Positions 26,090 through 32,000 of a stretch of DNA of 32,000 bases are shown here, one piece after another. Both the position numbers and the translations under genes were made by a program. Each line of letters opens with the position of its first letter. The stretch's first letter is position 1. Under the pieces are notes generated by a model. That model worked only from the letters and a program-made list of their open reading frames with translations. It did no database searches and had not been told where the DNA came from. The stretch lies in contig NC_007969.1 of NCBI RefSeq assembly GCF_000013905.1, positions 780,001-812,000 of the forward strand. The letters are read 5' to 3'. This stretch comes from Psychrobacter cryohalolentis K5 (GTDB lineage: Bacteria; Pseudomonadota; Gammaproteobacteria; Pseudomonadales; Moraxellaceae).

Positions 26090-26770
26090 ATGATTCAGTC
26101 ATCAGTCTCTACGGTTTCTCATACTATACCTAAGCTATATTTGCTGACTAATGATGATGAGTTTAGCCTTTTATATCAAAAGTTAGAAGCCGCTTTAGCA
26201 ACAGGATTGATTGCTCTTTTACAAATACGTCGTAAGCAGATATTAGCATTGCCTGACGGCGAATCTGTTCTTTATAAAGAGGCGCTACAAATCGTTAATT
26301 TGGCTAAAACCTACAATGTGCCAGTATTGATAAATGACAATATTGCTTTGGCCGAAAAACTTGGTATCGGCGTGCATTTGGGACAGCAAGATGGTGATCT
26401 TAGTGAGGCAACACAATCTTTAGCCCCGAATCAAATCATTGGTCGCACTTGTCATGGCGATATAACGCTAGTCAAAGCTGCGAAAACTGAAGGCGCAAGC
26501 TATGCCGCCATGGGTGCAATCTTTGCTTCAACGACCAAGCCCAATGCTGCCACTATCTTACGCCAGCAACTGATAGAAGGCTGCCAGCAAGATATAAAAA
26601 TATGCGTGATAGGCGGTTTAACGGCAGAAAACATCTCAGAGCTGGCAGGGTTACCTATTGCTTATATAGCAATCGTTGGCGATATCATGGATTTACCTGT
26701 CCATCAAATCGCAACGCGTTGTCAGCAGTGGCAGCAAGTACTTAATAAGTGGAATGTGCCTGCTGAATGA
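26090..26770 (+). CDS. thiE: Thiamine-phosphate synthase
   Basis: 226 aa with a TIM-barrel ThiE pattern: LLQIRRK, INDNIALA, GVHLGQQD, GRTCH, Y.A.G.IF.S.TK and VIGG. AAGGAG RBS. Confidence 0.8.
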   Translation: MIQSSVSTVSHTIPKLYLLTNDDEFSLLYQKLEAALATGLIALLQIRRKQILALPDGESVLYKEALQIVNLAKTYNVPVLINDNIALAEKLGIGVHLGQQDGDLSEATQSLAPNQIIGRTCHGDITLVKAAKTEGASYAAMGAIFASTTKPNAATILRQQLIEGCQQDIKICVIGGLTAENISELAGLPIAYIAIVGDIMDLPVHQIATRCQQWQQVLNKWNVPAE

Positions 26771-26797
26771 ATACTATTTTAAAATATAAGTACGAAT

Positions 26798-27127
26798 TTA
26801 TTCAGCGTGCTGCATACATAAAGTTGCATAAGGCAATGCTTGCAAGCGCTGTGCTTCGATAGGCTCAGCGCATACCTCACATTCTCCATAACTGCCACTC
26901 TCGATACGGTTTAAAGCGTGGTCTACAAAACCTAAGCTTTGCTGTGCCTCAACCATTAAGTTCTTGCGCATGTCATTCTGACGATAAGCAATCGCTTGAT
27001 CTTCCCAATGTTCATTGAGATCATCTTGCGGATTTTGGATATGGTCCTCAATGTCAGCAATCCGAGTTTGGTACTCTTCTTTTAGTTGTAATAGATTTTG
27101 TTTGGCAGCTTCAAAGTCGATACTCAT
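26798..27127 (-). CDS. TraR/DksA-family zinc-finger protein (C-x2-C-x17-C-x2-H variant)
   Basis: 109 aa. An N-terminal coiled-coil region precedes the C-terminal CEVCAEPIEAQRLQALPYATLCMQH finger, which is typical of the DksA/TraR family. The fourth ligand position is His. Confidence 0.75.
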   Translation of the reverse strand: MSIDFEAAKQNLLQLKEEYQTRIADIEDHIQNPQDDLNEHWEDQAIAYRQNDMRKNLMVEAQQSLGFVDHALNRIESGSYGECEVCAEPIEAQRLQALPYATLCMQHAE

Positions 27128-27449
27128 TTATTTCTCCTAATGATTTATTGTTATGGCACAAGTACGCTATTGATCATAGATAGCTAAACGACTCAGTACC
27201 ACCACAAAATGTTAATGAGAGTGTTATTAGTTTGAGAAGATAAATTTGCTTATCGCTAAATTTATCTTAGGTGACATATAAGTACAGACTATAAAACTGT
27301 TAGAATACACCGCCTTAAATGCTTGTTAGGACAGTTTTCTAAAACTGCCAGCAATAGGATTTGATGAAATAAATTTGCTAAAGAGTATCCAATAAACCGT
27401 TGGCGAACCGTCATACAGATTGATAACAGATGATATATAGGAGCAGGTA

Positions 27450-28652
27450 ATGAATTTTTTGCGTATGAGCGAGCTGAGTTTGACCGATAAAGTAGTGTTG
27501 ATTCGTGAAGACCTTAATGTCCCTATTAAAGCGGGTAAAGTGGCTAGTGATGCACGCCTGCAAGCAAGTTTGCCGACGATTAAGATGGCGCTAGAAAAGG
27601 GTGCAGCAGTGATAGTCTGCTCGCATTTAGGACGCCCGACAGAAGGCAATCCTGAAGCCATTTATTCGTTAGCACCCGTTGCTGACTATTTAAGCGATAA
27701 ACTATCCGCGCCTGTTACGCTGAATAGTGACTACTTCACTCAAGGCGTCGCTATCGAAGCAGGTGAAGTCGTACTGCTAGAGAACGTACGTTTTAATGAA
27801 GGCGAAAAGAAGAATGATGCAGCGCTTGCACAAAAATATGCTGATTTGTGCGATGTATTTGTGATGGACGCTTTTGGCACAGCACATCGCGCCCAAGCAT
27901 CAACAGAAGGCGTAACCCAAGCGATGCATAAAGCAGGTAAGACCGCCTGTGCTGGACCTTTATTGGCAGCAGAGCTTGATGCTTTAAGCCTAGCACTTGA
28001 AACGCCAGCACAACCTATGCTCGCTATCGTTGGTGGCTCAAAAGTTTCTACCAAATTAGAGGTTTTACATAGTTTGGCTGAGCTTTGCTCACAGATTATC
28101 GTTGGTGGCGGGATTGCAAATACCTTCTTAGCCGCGCAAGGTCATAGTGTTGGTGCGTCACTTTATGAAGCAGATCTGCTCGATACAGCTCGTGAAATCA
28201 TGGGTAAAACTGAGATTTTATTGCCTGAATATGTCGTCGTTGCTGATAAAAGCGACATTGATTTTGCTGACTTCACTGGCTCATTACAACAAGCCTCTGC
28301 GACCATCAAATCTGTCGACACGATTGGCGAAAATGACATGATATTAGATATCGCGCCAGATAGTGCTATAAAATTGGCAGAGGCAATTACCAAGGCGAAA
28401 ACTATCTTATGGAATGGTCCAGTCGGCGTTTTTGAAGTGGATGCGTTTGGTCAGGGTACTCAGATAGTGGCAGAAGCGGTCAAAAATAGCCAAGGTTTCT
28501 CGATTGCAGGTGGCGGTGATACACTTGCTGCGATTGATAAATATCAAGTAGCGGATGGCGTCAGCTATATGTCAACGGGTGGCGGTGCGTTCTTAGAGTT
28601 TGTAGAAGGCAAAGTCTTGCCAGCGGTTGCTGCTTTAGAGATTAATGCATAA
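27450..28652 (+). CDS. pgk: Phosphoglycerate kinase
   Basis: RED.NVP, SHLGRP, FGTAHRA and [12 protein letters not shown] motifs. 400 aa. AGGAG RBS. Confidence 0.95.
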   Translation: MNFLRMSELSLTDKVVLIREDLNVPIKAGKVASDARLQASLPTIKMALEKGAAVIVCSHLGRPTEGNPEAIYSLAPVADYLSDKLSAPVTLNSDYFTQGVAIEAGEVVLLENVRFNEGEKKNDAALAQKYADLCDVFVMDAFGTAHRAQASTEGVTQAMHKAGKTACAGPLLAAELDALSLALETPAQPMLAIVGGSKVSTKLEVLHSLAELCSQIIVGGGIANTFLAAQGHSVGASLYEADLLDTAREIMGKTEILLPEYVVVADKSDIDFADFTGSLQQASATIKSVDTIGENDMILDIAPDSAIKLAEAITKAKTILWNGPVGVFEVDAFGQGTQIVAEAVKNSQGFSIAGGGDTLAAIDKYQVADGVSYMSTGGGAFLEFVEGKVLPAVAALEINA

Positions 28653-28912
28653 CCTCTTAACGATACTTCAGCAGATGAGTAACATTAGCCGTACAATTTA
28701 GCCGCAGTATCTAAGGTACGCTGTACGGATAATATTTTGGCTACTATTCATATCTTATTGTTTTCAAGGCAATAAGTTCGAATCGTCATCGATTATTATT
28801 AAGTGGTAATTATTTGTTTCTATACTGAAAATTGTTATTGCATGTCCAATTTGCACTCTATAAAATAGCGCAAACCATGTATTTGACATGCTTTATTTAT
28901 GAGGGATTTATT

Positions 28913-29299
28913 ATGTTAAAACGTCATTTATTACTTGCTAGTGTTCTTGCCGGTACTTTTGCAATCACTGCATGTAGCCAAGAAACACAAGATAAAACCG
29001 ATGCTGCTGCTGAATCAGCTGGCGAAGATGCTGCTGCGAATACAGAAGAAGCTGCTGCGAATACAGAAGCCGCTGCTGCTGAAGCTGAAGTAGCTGCCCA
29101 AGAAGCGGGCGCTGAAGCTGCAGAAAATGCTGAAGTTGCTGGCGCTGCTGCGACTGATGCACTAGCAAATACTGGCGAAGCGGTTGTGGTAGGCGCAAAT
29201 GAAGCCGTGTCCGCTACTGCTGGTGTGGTTGCTGATGGCGCAGCTGCTGTTGAAGATAAAGCTAGTGAAAATGCAGTAGAAGCAGAGCAGCAGTACTAA
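28913..29299 (+). CDS. Small Ala/Glu-rich lipoprotein
   Basis: The ATG at 28913 has a GAGGGA RBS at 28901-28906 and gives MLKRHLLLASVLAGTFAITAC (lipobox). The mature part is A/E/N/T low complexity. It includes a 21-bp tandem duplication, 29030-29050 and 29051-29071, encoding AAANTEE and AAANTEA. Confidence 0.65.
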   Translation: MLKRHLLLASVLAGTFAITACSQETQDKTDAAAESAGEDAAANTEEAAANTEAAAAEAEVAAQEAGAEAAENAEVAGAAATDALANTGEAVVVGANEAVSATAGVVADGAAAVEDKASENAVEAEQQY

Positions 29300-29362
29300 T
29301 CAGCAGTTTTAATTTTAAGTATTAGTGATACACATCAGTTACTTTATAAGTCCCTAAAATAC

Positions 29363-29396
29363 AAAAAAAGCTTTGGTAATTGCCAAGGCTTTTTTT
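29363..29396 (+). terminator. Rho-independent terminator of the lipoprotein gene
   Basis: Sequence aaaaaa-agctttgg (29369-29376)-taattg-ccaaggct (29383-29390)-ttttttt. Confidence 0.8.
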
Positions 29397-29721
29397 ATGG
29401 ATAAAAATAATCAATTTGATCCATAAAAAGCAGGTCATGAATTTTTTATAGACGAAATCGACTATCTAACTGTGCAAACAAGGTATAAAAACCAAACAGA
29501 CAAACAAATAGTCAGTTAAGCGCTACGAAGCGCTGGTAATTTTTGCTATAATCACGGCGTAATAATGACGAGCAGAAAGCAGTGGTTTTTGTTGGCTTAT
29601 AATGGAATACCCATTGCAAAGCTAGGTCGCAGTGCAAATGTGGCAACGTCTTATTGTTAAAAATGATGTTTTAATATCATCTTCAAAATACTATTTTTAG
29701 AATATAACCAGAGAGCGTTTT

Positions 29722-30759
29722 ATGGCCTTAATATCGTTACGTCAACTTTTGGATCATGCTGCTGAACACGGCTATGGTGTTCCTGCTTACAATGTTAATA
29801 ATTTAGAGCAGATGCGTGCCATTATGATGGCGGCTGACGCCTGTGACTCTCCTGTGATTGTACAAGCCAGTGCCGGTGCCCGTAGTTATGCAGGCTCTGC
29901 GTTTTTGCGTCATCTGATTATTGCTGCTATCGAAGAGTGGCCACATATTCCAGTCGTTATGCATCAAGATCACGGTATGTCACCTGCTATTTGCCAACGC
30001 TCAATTCAGCTTGGCTTCTCATCAGTGATGATGGACGGCTCGCTTGGTACAGACGGTAAAACGCCGATGGATTATGACTATAACGCTAGCGTGACTCGCG
30101 AAGTAGTCAAGATGGCTCATGCTTGCGGTGTTTCAGTCGAAGGCGAGATTGGTTGCTTAGGTAGTCTTGAAACTGGTATGGCAGGCGAAGAAGATGGCTC
30201 TGGCGCAGAAGGCGTATTGGATCACGAGCAGCTATTGACCAGTGCTGATGAAGCAGAGCAGTTCGTTAAAGACACCAACGTCGATGCGTTAGCGATTGCT
30301 ATCGGTACCAGTCATGGTGCTTATAAGTTTACGCGTCCACCGACAGGCGATATCTTATCGATTGAGCGCGTAAAGGAGATTCATGCCCGTATTCCTAACA
30401 CTCACCTAGTCATGCATGGTTCATCATCAGTACCGCAAGAATGGCTAAAAGTCATCAATGAAAATGGTGGCAACATCGGTGAGACTTATGGTGTACCGGT
30501 TGAGCAAATCGTTGAAGCGATTAAGCATGGTGTGCGTAAAGTAAATATCGATACCGATTTACGTTTGGCATCAACTGGCGCTATCCGTAAATTCCTTGCA
30601 GAAAATCCGAGTGAATTTGATCCACGTAAATATTTCAAAGCCTCTATGGTTGCGATGTCAGATATCTGTGCCAATCGTTTTGAAGCCTTTGGTTCAGCGG
30701 GTCAAGCGCATAAAATTCGTCCAATCAGTCTTGAAGGTATGGTTAATTTTTACCCGTAA
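29722..30759 (+). CDS. fba: Fructose-bisphosphate aldolase, class II
   Basis: [31 protein letters not shown], the MMDGS region, GTSHGAYKF and VMHGSSS motifs. The 345-aa form resembles the CbbA / Calvin-cycle-subtype architecture. It lies downstream of pgk as in many bacteria. Confidence 0.93.
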   Translation: MALISLRQLLDHAAEHGYGVPAYNVNNLEQMRAIMMAADACDSPVIVQASAGARSYAGSAFLRHLIIAAIEEWPHIPVVMHQDHGMSPAICQRSIQLGFSSVMMDGSLGTDGKTPMDYDYNASVTREVVKMAHACGVSVEGEIGCLGSLETGMAGEEDGSGAEGVLDHEQLLTSADEAEQFVKDTNVDALAIAIGTSHGAYKFTRPPTGDILSIERVKEIHARIPNTHLVMHGSSSVPQEWLKVINENGGNIGETYGVPVEQIVEAIKHGVRKVNIDTDLRLASTGAIRKFLAENPSEFDPRKYFKASMVAMSDICANRFEAFGSAGQAHKIRPISLEGMVNFYP

Positions 30760-30859
30760 GCTTAGAGGGTAAAAGATAGTGCTTGATGTCTAGGTCATGG
30801 CTTAACCCATTTTTTATAATATAGTCAGATGAAAATAAAAATGTTATGAAAATTTAAAC

Positions 30860-30929
30860 GCGCTATTGGTATAAATTTTACTGGCGTGCTGCGTTCTCAG
30901 AGGCTGCGTAAAATTCATACCAATAGCGC
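30860..30929. repeat. 21-bp inverted repeat with a 28-nt spacer between fba and ruvA
   Basis: The left arm is gcgctattggtataaatttta (30860-30880). The reverse complement of the right arm (30909-30929) is gcgctattggtatgaatttta, giving 20/21 matches. The spacer contains a direct 7-mer gctgcgt at 30888-30894 and 30903-30909. Confidence 0.9.
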
Positions 30930-30981
30930 TATAACACTTTTGTAATAAACTCACTATAGTCTGTATAAGAGGTCGTGGATT

Positions 30982-31605
30982 ATGATTGGATTGATTAATG
31001 GACAGGTGCAATATTTGATGGCACCGACTGCCTGTGTCATGACCACCTCTGGCGTCGGCTATGATATTGAGTTGCCATTGCCGTCATTCTGCCAGTTGCG
31101 CCTCAATGAGCAGGCGAGTATTTGGACGCATTTCCATGTGCGCGAAGATGCGCAGCTGCTTTATGGTTTTATTGACCGTAAAGAGCGTGATGTCTTTCGC
31201 CAGCTGATTAAAATCAATGGCGTCGGCGCAAAAATGGCTTTAGCAATGCTATCTGCGATGTCAGCCGCTGAGCTAAAAATGCATGTCGAGCAAGATTCAG
31301 AAGATGCCTTGACACGTATCCCAGGTATCGGTAAAAAGACCGCTCAGCGTTTATTAATTGAGCTAAAAGATAAGCTGAAAAATATTGAAGTCGACAGCAG
31401 TCATTTAGAATTTGCTATGCAGCCGGCACCAATATCCGCTGAAGGCAGTATCATTGCGGAAGTTGAAGGCGCGTTGATTAGCTTGGGCTATAAAGAAAGA
31501 GAAGCGCAGCAAGCCATTAAGGCGGCAAAAAGTAATGGCGAGACATTTGCAGATACACAGAGCTTGTTAAAAGCCACTCTGCAACAGTTTCAAAGTTTTA
31601 AGTAG
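30982..31605 (+). CDS. ruvA: Holliday junction branch migration complex subunit RuvA
   Basis: MIGLINGQV…GVGY.I… for the OB domain and two HhH motifs (INGVGAKMALAMLS; IPGIGKKTAQRLLIELK). The C-terminal domain III reads …ALISLGYKEREAQQAIK. Confidence 0.93.
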   Translation: MIGLINGQVQYLMAPTACVMTTSGVGYDIELPLPSFCQLRLNEQASIWTHFHVREDAQLLYGFIDRKERDVFRQLIKINGVGAKMALAMLSAMSAAELKMHVEQDSEDALTRIPGIGKKTAQRLLIELKDKLKNIEVDSSHLEFAMQPAPISAEGSIIAEVEGALISLGYKEREAQQAIKAAKSNGETFADTQSLLKATLQQFQSFK

Positions 31606-31633
31606 CGACATTTTTATAATAAAAAAGCGATTA

Positions 31634-31666
31634 AAAATAAGCGACATTAAATGTCGCTTATTTTCG
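31634..31666 (+). terminator. Terminator or attenuator-like hairpin between ruvA and ruvB
   Basis: Sequence aaaataagcgacat-taa-atgtcgcttatttt(cgtttt): an 11-12 bp stem with a U-rich tail. It lies in the 158-bp ruvA-ruvB spacer. Confidence 0.6.
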
Positions 31667-31763
31667 TTTTAGCCAGTGCTTTATGATGTTTTGCATGACT
31701 TATGCGCAGCGTTTGGTTATGCTATTTGTTACCCAATCTTTTAAAAACAATGCTTTAAATATA

Positions 31764-32000
31764 ATGGCAAAAACTATGATGCAAGATCGTTTGATTAATC
31801 CGCTAGAAGGGGCAGCTGATGCTCCTGATGCCAATATTCGACCAGCATTATTGGCGGAATATATCGGTCAACCGGTGGTACGCGAGCAGATGGAAGTCTT
31901 TATTCAAGCAGCACGGGCGCGTGATGAGGCATTGGATCATACGCTCATCTTTGGACCACCAGGCTTAGGGAAAACGACCCTTGCCAATATTATTGCTCGT
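31764..32000 (+). CDS. ruvB: Holliday junction branch migration DNA helicase RuvB (5' fragment, runs off the window)
   Basis: My own translation from the ATG at 31764 gives [79 protein letters not shown]. This is the canonical RuvB N-terminus, including the Walker A motif GPPGLGKTT. Confidence 0.9.
   Translation, partial: MAKTMMQDRLINPLEGAADAPDANIRPALLAEYIGQPVVREQMEVFIQAARARDEALDHTLIFGPPGLGKTTLANIIAR

Noticed and set aside
30930-30981. LexA/SOS box in front of ruvA
   Set aside because: The only CTGT (in ctgtataagaggtcgt) is not followed by ACAG at the N8 spacing. No SOS box can be supported.

Overview
The window is mostly chromosomal housekeeping DNA from a moderately AT-rich gammaproteobacterium. 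Protein flavour and gene order suggest Moraxellaceae, probably Psychrobacter-like; that is inference, not a database result.

Core content:
- Cell-envelope remodelling genes: an S11 DD-carboxypeptidase, surE, an nlpD-like gene, an MltB-like lytic transglycosylase, lpxH, a PBP7-type endopeptidase and an S41 C-terminal protease.
- Glycolysis: gpmI, pgk and a class II fba.
- Housekeeping and stress: ppiB, glnS, thiE, a 1-Cys peroxiredoxin and a GST.
- Recombination: ruvC at 14.7 kb, and ruvA plus the 5' end of ruvB at the right edge.
- A same-strand regulatory cluster, gacA-pilS-pilR.

Non-core or unannotated items I can support:
1. A solitary AT-rich gene between glnS and the peroxiredoxin. It encodes a single-HKD phospholipase-D/Nuc-like domain, a low-complexity linker and a small C-terminal module.
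2. A complete 1.08-kb insertion sequence with about 33-bp terminal inverted repeats. Its zinc-ribbon DDE transposase can only be made from its RBS-preceded ATG by a -1 shift on an A6C run at codon 4.
3. An 11.5-copy perfect 8-bp tandem array (GCTTAATT) fused to a bidirectional terminator in the ruvC 3' region.
4. A 6S RNA (ssrS) gene with its own sigma70 promoter, hidden under a spurious 64-aa ORF.
5. Several low-complexity insertions in otherwise conserved proteins, including a linker of about 138 aa in PilR, an N-terminal extension in PBP7 and a QNPFG tail in FxsA.
6. A 21-bp inverted repeat upstream of ruvA.

I see no convincing multi-gene novel system: no CRISPR, no tRNA or rRNA, no prophage or integrase, and no toxin-antitoxin pair. 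The best candidate for undescribed biology is the orphan PLD-like nuclease gene. This is a hypothesis that needs structure or homology searches and phage assays.
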